NCBI GenBank assembly: GCA_015680685.1
Contig: MNCI01003473.1
Span: 13,293-77,292 of the forward strand
DNA: 64,000 nt
Direction of reading: 5' to 3'
DNA from: Gnetum montanum
Taxonomy: Eukaryota; Plantae; Gnetophyta
Position numbers and translations under genes: made by a program
Part shown: one piece after another, positions 26,964-40,552 of the stretch
Layout: every line of letters begins with the position of its first letter
Numbering within the stretch: the stretch's first letter is position 1
The notes under the pieces: generated by a model
What the model saw: only the letters and a program-made list of their open reading frames with translations
Databases searched by the model: none
What the model was told of the DNA's origin: nothing

Positions 26964-29583
26964 GACTGTAGTATGGACACCTAGGAATAATTTAGCTTAC
27001 CTCTAATCCTGAGCAAACCTCATGGTGATTTTGAATGATTCATTAACCTTAATTACTTAGATCTTGAGCCTAAGAGCCTGGTTGATTGCATAGCCTCTAT
27101 AGAAAAGCCTTTCAAATGGCCTGAACACCTAGTTAAAACCCTTGATCTCAAGGCTGGTGACATTACTGAAGATCCTAGTCACAACACACAATGATGAGGA
27201 GAAAACAATAAAGTTAACTTCCTCACTTGAACCACAACAAGTTGAAGGCATCACCAAGATCCTTCAAGATAACATTAAGGTCTTTGCCTAGTCATATGAA
27301 GATATATAAGGTCTTGATCCATGAGTAGTTCAACACAACATTATACTTGACCCTATTATTAAAATAATTAAGCAAAAAATTCACAAGATTAGACTAGACA
27401 TAGGTTTGGCAATTTGTGATGAGATCATGAAACTTTACCAAGTTGGTTTCATCCAAGCTGTTAGTTATGTTAATTAGGTGTCCAACATAATGGTATTCCC
27501 TAAGAAAAATAGGAGTATAGATATTTGATTTAATTTTCAAGATCTAAATAAGGTAACTATTAAAGATGATTTATCTTTGCCTAGTATTAACCAACTCATA
27601 AATACTTTGGCTAGACATGCCTTGTTGGGATACAACCAAGTTAGGATCAACCCAGAGCATCAACTTTACATGACCTTCATGACCCCTTGGGGAACCTTCT
27701 ATTACACCATGATGCTGTTTGGTTTAAAGAATGTAGGTGCAACCTATCAATGAACTATGACCTACATATTTAGTGACTACATGCTAAGGTTACTCAATGA
27801 TTACGTGGATGACATAGTAGTCAAATCCAAAGTGACCAATGATCATGCACATGTCATTGACTTAGTGCTTAAGCATTATCTCAAATACGAACTTAGGTTC
27901 AATCCTAAGAAGTGTGTCTTTCCCATTAAAACTAACAAGATGCTTGGTTTTGTGGTATTCAAGGTAGGGATACGTGTTGATCTTGATAAGATTAAGGTCA
28001 TAACCAACCTAGAAATACCTACTAACCTTAAGGAACTTCAAGGACTACAAGGTAGATTGTAATTTATTTGTAGGTTCATCTCAAGGCTTACAGATAAGTT
28101 ACAACCCATGCAAGAGTTTCTTAAGAAAGGAGTTCGCTATGAATGGAGTACCCAATGCCAAGAAGCCATTGATAACATTAAGTAAGAGTTGGCTCAACTA
28201 CCCATGGTGTATCCGCTACAAAAGGATAAACCGTTTTACATCTACCTAGTGATCTTTGACATATCCATAGCCTTTCTACTCTATCAAAAATGAGATGATG
28301 GAGTAGAAATACCTGTATACTACTTGAGCCATGCATTAATAGCTTATGAGACTTAATACATGGAGGTTTAGAAGTATTGTCTAGTCCTAGTCTTCTCCTT
28401 GAAGAAGTAGAGGTACTACCTCTTTAGGAGTCAAGTCAATGTTATATGTAAAGATAATGTGTTAAGAGCCATAATGACTAGTNNNNNNNNNNNNNNNNNN
28501 NNNNNNNNNNNNNNNNNNNNNNNNNNNNNNNNNNNNNNNNNNNNNNNNNNNNNNNNNNNNNNNNNNNNNNNNNNNNNNNNNNNNNNNNNNNNNNNNNAAT
28601 GTGTAAGAGTATGAAGGATTAATCAAAGGAATGATGGAAGCTTGTAGCTAAGGAATCAAATGCCTAATGATAAAAGATGATTCGCAACTTGTGGTTAACC
28701 AAGGAATAGAGGTTTATGCATGTAAAGCCAAACATTTACAACCTTATTGTAACCTAGCTAAGAAACTAATGCAAGAGTTTATAGAAATTTCTATTTAACA
28801 TATATTCTAAATTGAGAATATCCTAGTAGTTGCCATTACAAACTTAGCCCTCAGTATGATGCCATATGTGTTTAGCAAGTTACATTTTTTAATGAAGAAC
28901 TATTTTCTTTCCATCATGTAGAACACCGAATACATCTTTATAGCTACTATTAACATTGCCCCTCAAAGAGAGTGGTACGGTGATATCAAGTTTTACCTAA
29001 CGCATGGTGAATCTTTACAAAACCTAACTACTTCTCAAAAGGACATTGTACATAATAGATCAAAGCAATATGTCATTATAGTCAATAACACAATGTCTCA
29101 AAGATCCTACGATGGCATATTGCTTGGGTAAAATTGAAGCTTGCATAGTCCTTGAGGAAGTCCATGAAGATGTATGTGGAGGACATATAGGACCTAGACC
29201 CATGGCCATAAAGATTAGATGATTGGAATATTATTGATCCTATATGAAAAGTAATTAACTATAGAAGGTTAAAAATTGTGATACTTATCAATGACACAAC
29301 AACTTAATACATATGCCACCAACTAAGTTACACACTACTTAGATAACCTAGTCATTTCAATGATGGAAAATTCAGATTATTGGATCTATAATGCCTATGT
29401 CTTCTATGGGGTATAGCTTCATCATTACCACAAGAGAATATTTTACAAAGTGGGTTAAAGCCATTTTCATAAGGAAGACAATGTCTCAACAAGTTTGTAA
29501 ATTCATGCTAGATAACATAGTGGCCTATTTTGGCATATCTCTAACCATACTCACAAATAATAAATCATAGTTTAGTAGCCAAG
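26964..29583 (+). pseudogene. Element C RT-RNaseH-aRH-INT (5' part)
   Basis: VFA*SYEDI*GLDP, FMTPWGTF, FGLKNVGATYQ, YVDD; aRH EYEGLIKG...DDSQLVVNQ; INT zinc-finger region (EVHEDVCGGHIG). Confidence 0.9.
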
Positions 29584-30512
29584 TGATGAGAGCAATTACT
29601 CTACTAATTATTCTAATTATTAGAGTGGTTACTCTAGTGATTTCTTTAGTAGTTATTCTAATTATTAGAGTGGTTGCTCTAGCGGTTTCTTTAGCAGTTA
29701 TTCTAATTATTAGAGCGGTTACTATAATTATTAGAGTAGTTGCTCCCAAGCCTATAAATACAGTGCCCAGGCACACAATTGGAAAGGAGTCTTTTAGCAG
29801 TCAAATAGCAAAACTCTGTTAGTCTTTTTGAAGGTTATAGTATTTTCCAAGTTCCCACAATAGGAGGTTGAAGTGTGGACGGATCTTTATTCGAGCATTG
29901 TGTACTTGAGCACACCTTGTGTACGGCAATAAAGATGAGCTCTTTGATTCATCCTTATAGCACTTGAGATTTTTTTTCTTACACATTTCTTTTATTTTAT
30001 TTTTTATGCATTTATTTTATTTTATGCACTTTACATTTCTGTTATTAGCATAACAATTCATTTTGATCAATTTAGAAAATCGTTAAATTACACTTAGTAT
30101 GATCACTTCAAGCATGCGTGTAACACTTGGTAACCCAGTACGATTAGTGTTTGGTAATCCCAGTAGTGTTGCACTGGTTCAAGATGTGTATAACAAGTGA
30201 GAACGGATACTAGTGTTAGGATTAGTTAAAGCCTAGTTAATCAGTAGTTAAGTTAAATTAGTCACTTAGTTGTCTCTCTCATCCCTTATTAGCAATAGGA
30301 CATAAAAACATAAAGGCTATAAAAATCATATGCCTCAAGCTTACTTAACCATACAATCGTGACATACAAGTAAGTTTGGGAAGATAATGATCAACTAACC
30401 CATCCTTCTTCCACAAGGGCACATAAGCACTTAGTCCTTGGAATTTGATCAGATCGTACGTGAAACACTTGTATTCGTATGGTTGAGCATAGGGGTACCT
30501 CGCCGCTCATCA
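29584..30512 (+). repeat. A2 5' LTR (929 bp) with ~3 x 45-bp tandem repeat and TATA box at ~29752
   Basis: TGATG..CATCA termini; 29795-30512 aligns with 37881-38579. Confidence 0.92.
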
Positions 30513-30513
30513 T

Positions 30514-30531
30514 TGGTGCCATTGCCAGGGA
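30514..30531 (+). promoter_or_regulatory. PBS tRNA-Asp type (A2)
   Basis: TGGTGCCATTGCCAGGGA, 1 nt after the LTR. Confidence 0.88.
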
Positions 30532-30648
30532 CTTAGTTGTTTGTGCACTAATTAGAACTTAGGAAATCATTCACATCATTGGAACAAACCCTTAGGATTG
30601 ATTGAGAAAATAATAAACAAGAATACATTGCACATTGAATAGACAAGC

Positions 30649-33600
30649 ATGTCTGCTTCTTCATATAAAAGTGCTTCATTGCCTAGATCTAAAATAGGAA
30701 ATAGTCAATGGCGTAATAAACATGATGTTGATCTACCAGTCCCTCAACAAGTTAGAGTGGTATATATTCATCCTGATGAGTATATACCAGACTTCACCTT
30801 TATCCTCCATCAAGATGAACAAATGCATTGGCGAGACTTAGAAGATAACATAGTGTTACCTCTTGATTGTTCAGTACCAAGCATGCTTCTTCGTGCTCTC
30901 ACATGAATTGACATGCTGCACTTACACACAAAATACGTTGTGCAAGACCATGACTTGAGAGAATACCATCCCACAGAGGCACAACGTCAAAGGGACTTGC
31001 AATAGGAGAGACATCATAAGTCTTTGAAGGGTAAGTGGTCCTAGGATGCCTCACATGTCTTAAGTGAAAATGAGGATGGTGAACCTACCTTAGGTAGTTG
31101 GCCACACAATGATGTTCCTCCCTTTGACTTTGGCCAAGGGGTTGTGTATCAGAACCTTCATTTCACTATTCATAACCTAGGTTCTGATACTCATGGGCAC
31201 AAAGGGTTTGAAAAAGGGACATGAACTCATGATAAAGGTGGACATTCTGATCACAATCGTAATCAGGGTCAAGACCGCAGAAGAGAAGGTAGCAGACATC
31301 ATCATGATGAAAGTTCTTCTTCTTCTTCACCTTCATCATCTCCTTCACCCTCTCCTTCAATATCTAGATGTGGTCATAAAGAAAAAGACCATGGGGATAA
31401 ATGTAGGCAAAGTGGAAGTCATAGATGAAACAACCAGGAAAGGGGACGAGGGCACTCTAGAGAGTCATGACATAGAAGTAGGGAGAGTAGGGAACAACAT
31501 AGGCAACATGGACGCCATGGATGAGATGATCATGATGAACCCATCCTCTCTACTCAAAGTATGTTGGACATAACTGAGGCTGTCAGAATTTCAACAAAGC
31601 ATCATAAAGATAGTAGGATCAAGAGGTTAGATATGAACAACATTTCACGATTTGAAGGGGGATACAATGTTGATCCTTAGAATCATTTACAAGCATTCCA
31701 TGATGTGTGTGCCTTACAGAACATAGAGAACAAATGGAAAAAACTTATGTTGTTCCCATGGATAGTAGTTAAAGAAGCAGAAAGCTAGTACCAGTCTTTA
31801 GAACTAAAATCCATTCATAGGTGGAGTACTATGTTAGAACTATTTCATGCAATTACCAAATGTACTCTTGAGCTTCTAACTTGTAAAAGAAAATCCAAGG
31901 CTGGAAACAAGGAGGACATGAACCCTTGGATGCTACCATGGCCCGATACTATGCATTGTTACATCGTTGTCCTGGCCATGGTTATTCCTAATGGGATCAA
32001 CTGCATCATCGTGTGGCTGGGCTTAGGCATGAAACGAGAAGAACCCTTAGGACTTATGCCCAAGGGAGACTATCCGAGCTTAGGTTCCATCAAATTCAAA
32101 GACTATTGGAGCAAGTTTCTAGGGAAGAAGATGAGCTATGGAAGATAGAAAGTGCAGAATAGTATAACTGAGATCCTTCCCTTCGGAAGAGGGGGGTAAG
32201 ATTTTGTGAGGATGAAGAAGAGTCACCACTTGAAGAGATGGTGAATAGGAAAACTTTGCCTATCCAAAAGATGACATCAAAAGTTTCAGAAAAGGTAGAT
32301 CAAATTTTGGGATTCCCTAAACAATAGATTTCAAACTATTCTTATAATAGTAGAGGAGTCTAGAGAGCAAGGTAGTGAGAAAAGAAAAAAGAAATAGGCT
32401 AAACATGCATGTAGCAAGGGTAAGGGCAAAGTTGCCATCATTGAAGANNNNNNNNNNNNNNNNNNNNNNNNNNNNNNNNNNNNNNNNNNNNNNNNNNNNN
32501 NNNNNNNNNNNNNNNNNNNNNNNNNNNNNNNNNNNNNNNNNNNNNNNNNNNNNNNNNNNNNNNNNNNNNNNNNNNNNNNNNNNNNNNNNNNNNNNNNNNN
32601 NNNNNNNNNNNNNNNNNNNNNNNNNNNNNNNNNNNNNNNNNNNNNNNNNNNNNNNNNNNNNNNNNNNNNNNNNNNNNNNNNNNNNNNNNNNNNNNNNNNN
32701 NNNNNNNNNNNNNNNNNNNNNNNNNNNNNNNNNNNNNNNNNNNNNNNNNNNNNNNNNNNNNNNNNNNNNNNNNNNNNNNNNNNNNNNNNNNNNNNNNNNN
32801 NNNNNNNNNNNNNNNNNNTTCCACCAATAGCTCCACTACCACCTACTCCCATGATGCAAGGTGAAATCCCTACCTAGCTGTAGCAATGTAACGCCACGAG
32901 GGCTGTTAACTCTCAACCTACTATTGGTTCCAACAACCACATTAAGAAAAGACCTTTCTTTAGAACCAATAGTCCAACCAATCCCTTATAATCACAAGGG
33001 GCTGATTCCTTAGACACCTCAGTATCAATCAAAACTTCGGAGCCCCATTCAACCTAATCACTGCACTCAATGCATACGATCATGTTAACACATGCTTTCA
33101 CTAATTGGATCAAAGGTGGCCACCTTCCTAGGAAATTCTCTGATCCTGGGAGTTTTCTGATATACTTACAAATTGCTGAAAATGCACCATGAAAGGCTCT
33201 TTTGGATTCAGATTCCAGTGTCAACATGATTTCTCAAGAAATGTACAAGGCTTGGAACCTACCTCCATTGAAAAAGAGCAACATCCATCTAGAGTTGGTT
33301 GACCAATCCATCACTATCCCATTGGGACTGGTGGAAGACATTGTTATTACTATTTGTGGGTGGTCATACTTAGTTGACTTCCTAGTGATTCAGGTAAACA
33401 ATGGTAAGGGGGACTTCCTAATCATAATGGAAAGAGCATGGCTAAGCACCATCAACATATGGAATCCACGATCTTTCCCTAGAAATATCAAAGGAAAATA
33501 CATTCAGAAAGATTGAGAAGAAGAAATTTCCATGCATCGCATATAGTGGCATAGGGTGTAATTGCGTGCAGAGGTCATGATTTGTGAAAAGTTTAGCATT

Positions 33601-36600
33601 TCCTGCATTCAATCAGTGTGCACAAGTGATTAACATACAAAGATGCCTGTATGCAGTAGCCACATGATAGGAAGAGACCGAGTAGCTGACAGTTGATCAA
33701 GAAAGCAATTCACTCATATGTATGGAACCAACTGAGGATTTGACTTGTGCTTACATTGATAGCATAAACGCATTAGGGCAAGTCCACCACCAACTTCCAA
33801 GTCTTAACCTTGAAAATATCAATTGGGGGAAGTTGGAAATCCCTGAGAAATTTAAGCAGGAGCCCCTTGAGTTGAAACCATTGCCCACTAGTATGGAATA
33901 CATGTTTCTTAAAAATGAAAAACCAGTAATTATCAACACTAAGCTTACTCCTCAATAGAAAGAAGAACTACTGAAGGTAATAAAAAAATGCTTGGAAGCC
34001 TTCTCTTAGTCATATCTCGAATTAACTAGAATAGATCCTAGGATATGCCAACATAGAATTTACACCGACCCTTCCATGAAGCCTCAAAGACAACTGCAGA
34101 GGTGATTGAACTTGAAGCTGAAGAAAATAGTTCAGATAAAAATCAAATAGCTTCTCAAGGCTGGGTTCATATAACCCATTGTTGATAGCGAATGGGTTAG
34201 CCCCTTAGTTATTATGCCTAAAAAGGAAGGAAAATGGAGGGTTTGCATAGATTTTAAGTTACTAAATATGGCATCATTCAAAGATCACTTTTCATTTCCA
34301 TTTGTCAACCAAGTCTTAGACACCATCGCGGGGCATCGCTATTATAGTTTTCTGGATGGATATAGTGGATATAACCAAATACAAATAGCCCCAGAAGATC
34401 AAGCCAAAACTACGTTCACCAATCCTATGGGAACTTTTGCATACAAATAGATACTATTTAACTTGTGCAATGTCCCTGCAACATTTTAATGACTAGTTCT
34501 AAGCATATTCCAACAGTAGATAGGGAATGGTGTGGAGGTCTTTATGGACAACTTCTCCACTTATGGATAACACTTTGATCAAGCCTTGGACCAGTTAGAG
34601 CAAGTGTTAAAAAGATGTGTAGAAACCAATTTGAGGCTTAATTGGCAAAAAAGCCATTTGATGATCCAAGAAGGTGTAGTACTAGGACACAAAATCTCAC
34701 ACATAGGGATAGAGGTAAACCGCAAGAAAATCAAAATTATCCAAGAAATTACCCATCAATCGGAAACAGTCAAAGATATTCTGTCATTCCTTGGACATAC
34801 TAGCTACTATAGGAGATTTATTGAGAACTTTTCAAAGGTTTTCAAATCATTGGTGGAATTAATGAAAAAGAATGTACCTTTTGAGTGAACCAGGGAATGC
34901 GAGTTAGCTTTCCAAACTCTGAAAAAAAAGCTAGTACAAACACCCATTCTACAAGCTCCTAACTAGTCCAAACCATTCCATATCATGATTGACGTGTCCA
35001 ACTATGCTTTAGGAGCCGCACTTACATAGTTAGATGACCAGAAGCATCCTTATTACATCCACTATGCAAGTAGAAGTATCACTAGTGCACAACTTGACTA
35101 CACTACCACAAAGAAAGAATTAATGGCTATAGTGTTTTCACTAGAAAAGTTTAGACACTATGTATTGGGATATAAAGTATATATACATACAAATCATAGT
35201 GCAATCTGGTTCCTCATGAATAAGCCAATGGTAAGCCCTTGTATTATACGATGGCTTGTAATCTTACAAGAGTTTGATTTAACGATGATCAATTGCAAGG
35301 GCATCGATAATGTAGTTGTTGATCATTTATCTCCGTTGCAATGGGACAACAAAGAGGATGAGTATCCAATTTCTGATCATTTCCCTGATGAATTCCTCTT
35401 TGCTGGTGTAGTGAATAATCAATCACCCATGGAGACAAATTAGTACAGTAGCATTCTTATCTATCTCCTTACCCAACAAACACCACAAGAGTTAAACCTT
35501 AAGAAGAAACAACAGTTTCTTCACGAAGCCAAGTACTTTATAGAGATTAATGGGCAACTTTACAAAGTGTGTCTTGATGGCTTGGTTCGATGGTGTGTTC
35601 ACGATATAGATCAATTGTGAGTTCTCCATGATGCTCATGAGGGTCCTTGTGGGGGTCATTGCACTGGGAGATGAACAACCATGAAGATCCTGCTTGCAGG
35701 ATATTATTAGCCTACCTTATTTTAGGATGCCCATTGTTTTGTCCAATCTTGTGAGTGCTATCAACATGATGGGGGAATGACTGCTAGAATGGAGGGTCCA
35801 CAACAATGGATTCAATTGTTAGAACCCTTCAACATTTGGGGAATTGATTTTATGGGGCCGATTACACCAATGTCCAATGGAAAAGCTTATATTACTGTTG
35901 CTATTGATTACCTAACAAAATGGGTAGAAGAAACTACTGTTAAGGATTGTACATCATCTACAGCTGCATGATTTGTTCAACAACAAATCATAAACAGGTT
36001 TTGTGTATCTCATGCACTTATTTCAAACAATGATACACACTTCACAGGTGCAACTTTTCAAAAATTAATGCAACACTTAGGGGTTGAACACAAACTAACA
36101 ACACCATACCACCCCCAAGTGAATGGTCAAGCCGAAGTTACCAATAGGAAGATTACAAAAATATTGACAAGAACTATTAGCAAGTTTAGGCGAGATTGGA
36201 GCACTAAACTGAATGATGCTCTTTGGACATACAGCTCCACATGGAAACTCCTTGTAGGCTATGCTCCCTATGAGTTAGTGTATGGTAAATTACCAATGCT
36301 TCCCATTCAAACTGAGCTCCGTACACTATCCACAACATGTGACCTTAACCTTGACCTTGAGCTAGCACAGAAACAATGGTTAGTAACCCTTAATTTCCTA
36401 GATGAAAACCAACTAGCTACCCTGTCATCTAATGAATTGCACAAGGCATTCAATAAGTAATGTCATGACCTAAGAATTAGGAAAGTTAAATATCAACTGG
36501 GAGATAAAGTTCTCAACTGGAATCCCACACATGTGCCACAATGTACTAAATTTCAAAAACTGTGGGAAAGACCTTATATTATTTATGCAACTTTTTCTTT

Positions 36601-36700
36601 AGGGGCCATGACAATATATAAACTTGAGAGTCGAAATAAGAAACTGTTTCTCAACGTGCAATAAACCAAACCTTTTCATGAGCTTAGGATAGCTAGTACA
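30649..36700 (+). pseudogene. A2 gag-PR-RT-RNaseH-INT
   Basis: KWRVCIDF, FLDGYSGYNQI, VFMDNF, WGIDFMGP, DYLTKWVE, TPYHPQVNGQAE. Confidence 0.92.
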
Positions 36701-37880
36701 CATGATATCTTTGTTAGTGGACAACCTTGCTCACTATTTCGAATCTTCTCCTTCCAACTCAGTCATGGGGGAGATGGAAACCTATGCTAATCATTCTAGG
36801 CCCTCAGTTCTTTTTGAATTTTTGTTTTACACATTTTTGTGTTACATGTTTTTGTTTCACACATTTTTGTTTTACACATTTTTCCAACTTTTCTTATTTT
36901 TGTTTTAAACCATCGTTCATATTTTTACTATTTGTTTGATTTCTTGATTTACTTTTATTCATCATCCAATAAGTGCTCATGATGGTGGATTGAATTATAT
37001 CATGTTGATTGATAATGTTTGGTTTTTACCTTTGAATTATGATGCTGATATTAAGGTATGGTTCTTTTGGTAAAATAGGTAATGAGTCCATGCNNNNNNN
37101 NNNNNNNNNNNNNNNNNNNNNNNNNNNNNNNNNNNNNNNNNNNNNNNNNNNNNNNNNNNNNNNNNNNNNNNNNNNNNNNNNNNNNNNNNNNNNNNNNNNN
37201 NNNNNNNNNNNNNNNNNNNNNNNNNNNNNNNNNNNNNNNNNNNNNNNNNNNNNNNNNNNNNNNNNNNNNNNNNNNNNNNNNNNNNNNNNNNNNNNNNNNN
37301 NNNNNNNNNNNNNNNNNNNNNNNNNNNNNNNNNNNNNNNNNNNNNNNNNNNNNNNNNNNNNNNNNNNNNNNNNNNNNNNNNNNNNNNNNNNNNNNNNNNN
37401 NNNNNNNNNNNNNNNNNNNNNNNNNNNNNNNNNNNNNNNNNNNNNNNNNNNNNNNNNNNNNNNNNNNNNNNNNNNNNNNNNNNNNNNNNNNNNNNNNNNN
37501 NNNNNNNNNNNNNNNNNNNNNNNNNNNNNNNGTTTGAGTTTGGATTTGGGATGAGTTCTACTCAGTCACATTAACCATAGAATACACAAGGGACTTTACA
37601 CAATCTTGTTCTTGGGATTCCATTCCATTCTCTCCTCTCCATCTTTCTCCCCATTTTTCCACCTCATTGCTAGTTTTATCATTAGTCCATTCTGGGTTGA
37701 TGCATTATTTTCCTTTGGTGAATTCTTGTGGGTAAGTTTTTAACTCTTGCTTCCAAATGACATTCCTAGAGCCTACGGACTCTTTGGTTTATGGGTTTGT
37801 CAGGGCATAAAGGGCGTGAGCCTACTTTGGGGAGGACCCACTGACATTTCTTTTTGGTGCAATTGTTAACTTCTTTCCCT

Positions 37881-38579
37881 TAGTAGTCAAGTAGAAAAAA
37901 TCTTGTAGTCTACTTGAAGGTTAGATTGTTTTCCAAGTGCCCATAGTAGGAGGTCAAAGTGTGGACGGATCTTTATTCTAGCATTGTGTACCTGAGCATA
38001 CCTTGTGTGTGGCAATAAAGATGAGCTCTTTGATTCATCCTTGCAGCACTTGAGATTTTTTTTCTTACACATTTATTTTATTTTATTTTATGCACTTTAC
38101 ATTTTTGTTATTAGCATAGCAATTCATTTTGATCAATTTATCAAATCATTAAATTACACTCAGTACGATCACTTCGAGCATGCGTGTAACACTTGGTAAC
38201 CCAGTAACGATTAGCGTTTGGTAATCCCAGTAGTGTTGCACTAGTTCAGGATGTGTACGACAAGTGAGATCGGATACTGGTGTTAGGATTAGTTAAAGCC
38301 TAGTTAATCAGTAGTTAAGTTAAATTAGTCACTTAGTTATCTCTCTCCTCCCTTATTAATAGCAAGACATAAAAACATAAAGGCTATAAAAATCATATGC
38401 CTCAAGCTTACTTAACCATACAATAGTGACATACAAGTAAGTTTGGGAAGATAATGATCAACCAACCCATCCTTGTTCCACAAAGGCGCATAAGCACTTA
38501 GTCCTTGGAATTCGACTAGATAGTGCGTGAAATGCTCGTATTCGTATGGCTGAGCGTAGGGGTACCTCGCAGCTCATCA
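37881..38579 (+). repeat. A2 3' LTR, first ~210 bp missing
   Basis: Homology to the 5' LTR begins only at tagtagtcaa (37881). Confidence 0.88.
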
Positions 38580-39207
38580 CCAAGAAATGCAAGTCTTCTA
38601 TAAACAACTAAGCATCAAACATTCCTTTTCATTATCATACTAACCCCAAGCTAATGGACAAGTTGAAGTAAGAAACAAGGTCATCATAAATGTGTTTTAG
38701 AAGATGTTAAACAATAGCAGATGCAAGTGGCATGAGTGACTTGTCCATGCACTTTGGGCCTATAGGCGTACCTTTTAAACTGCAACTGGTGTCACCTCGT
38801 ATAGCCTTTTTTATGGATCTAACTTTGTTTTGCAGCTTAAATTACAAGTTTCATTACTAAGAGGAGATTTATCTAACATTATCAATGTTAAGTAGAACAA
38901 GAAGCTACATACCATTGACCTTGATTTGATGGAAGATTAATGAATACAAATACTTTCTTACATCGAACAATACCAAAAGAGGCAAAAGAAACAACATCAT
39001 CATGATCTAAAAAAGTGAAAGATCAAGGAAGGAGACCTAGTTCTCTAACTTATTTATGAACATGTAGACAAATTCCCAGCCAATTGGAAAGGGCCTTTTT
39101 TGGTTGCAAAAGCCTATGGTAATGAAGCATTCAGATTGGTAGACGTGGATGGGAATGAATTGGCTAATTTGGTCAACCATTCCTATCTTAAACCTTATTA
39201 CATCTAA
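38580..39207 (+). pseudogene. Element C integrase, 3' part
   Basis: QEMQVFYKQLSIKHSFS...PQANGQVEVRNK...ALWAYR...PNWKGPF. Confidence 0.88.
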
Positions 39208-39505
39208 CATGATTTTATTTGCATGTATGAATAAATGATTAACATCAATGACCTTTACAACCAATATAGGTAGGAAGCCTACATTACCTCTCTCTCTCTC
39301 TGTTTGGCAGGACAAATGAACTGCAAAATTTGTGATGTAAGACACAGATGTCTCAATGATGTACTAATAGTAGCATATGGAGGCCTGTTGTGTGCTAGCT
39401 GTCTTGCATAGCCCTATGTAATGTATTGTAACAACATGTATTCTTTATCTTTTCTTCTTATTCTCTTATAGTTGTGATTGTAGGATGAAGCCTGGAAGTC
39501 ATCAC

Positions 39506-40366
39506 TAATGAGTGGTGAGGTACCCCTACACTCAACCATATGAATACAAGCATGTACGCATGATCTGGCCGAACTCTACAAATGGACTAGTTGTGGTATC
39601 TAGATAGTTACATGTTGATTGTAGTCTGCTATCTTCCCACCTAGACTAGTATTTGCTTGTCACATATGGTTTAGTCTAGAGTGAGTTGAATGATGGAATC
39701 CTAACTAATGCTACTCCTAGAAATGATGGAAAATAATCTTGACTTAAGCTAATAAGCAATAAAAAGCAAAATCTAAACTAGCCTAAGTGTAATGAGCATC
39801 CATCCTTAATCATTTGTGTGCATCTTGGACCTCGTGTACTACTTCTGGGATTACCAAGCACACATTACTTGAGCACTCTTAGATATGCTATTGGGTTACC
39901 AAGTAGTTACACTTAAATGTTTGTGATTAAGTCGTTCTCATTCCACGTTAATCAACAGGAAATGTAAATGACAATAAAGGAAATATGAACTAAAAAGACT
40001 AATAAATAATTAACAATTAAAGTAATTAAAAGCTAAGTAAATGCTGCAATGATGGAGTAATCTTAATCTTTATTGTTGATCATGTGCGTGTCCAAGTACA
40101 TCACACTCGAACAAAGGTTCCATACAATTACAATCATCACACTACAAGCATAAACTAGGGAAGGAACTGAAATTGACTGAAAAAACAAAAAGAATCCATC
40201 CTTAGACTTACCAACTCCCCTCTTTTTCCTATGTGCTCGAATTTTGTATTTATAGGCCTACATAGGAATCACGATATTGTGTATTCGATATTGTTATCCA
40301 AGCTACAATATTGTGTACTCAATATCGAGGATCTGATATCGAGCCCTAGCAAACCATGATTCATCA
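39506..40366 (-). repeat. A3 3' LTR
   Basis: Collinear with 43299-44155. Confidence 0.93.
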
Positions 40367-40552
40367 TACCCCCAAAACTAAATAACAACTCATCCTCGAG
40401 TCAAACAAAATGATAACGAGTTCAATTGATTACATAGTGGATAGGTATGAGATTATTGACTAACTAGGAATTACTCATGCTATAGTGTGGGATTGAAAAA
40501 AACAAAATTGGGACACAGACACAAAATTACAAAATGCAAAATTTGTTGGAAC

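Larger units (their letters stand above)
29584..38579 (+). mobile_element. Family A copy A2, pol-containing, inserted in element C integrase
   Basis: TGATG..CATCA ends with perfect TSD CCAAG (29579-29583 and 38580-38584). The host integrase reads through when A2 is removed. Confidence 0.95.

Noticed and set aside
29525-29822. Overlapping IIRVV-repeat ORFs on both strands
   Set aside because: They are translations of the 45-bp LTR tandem repeat.
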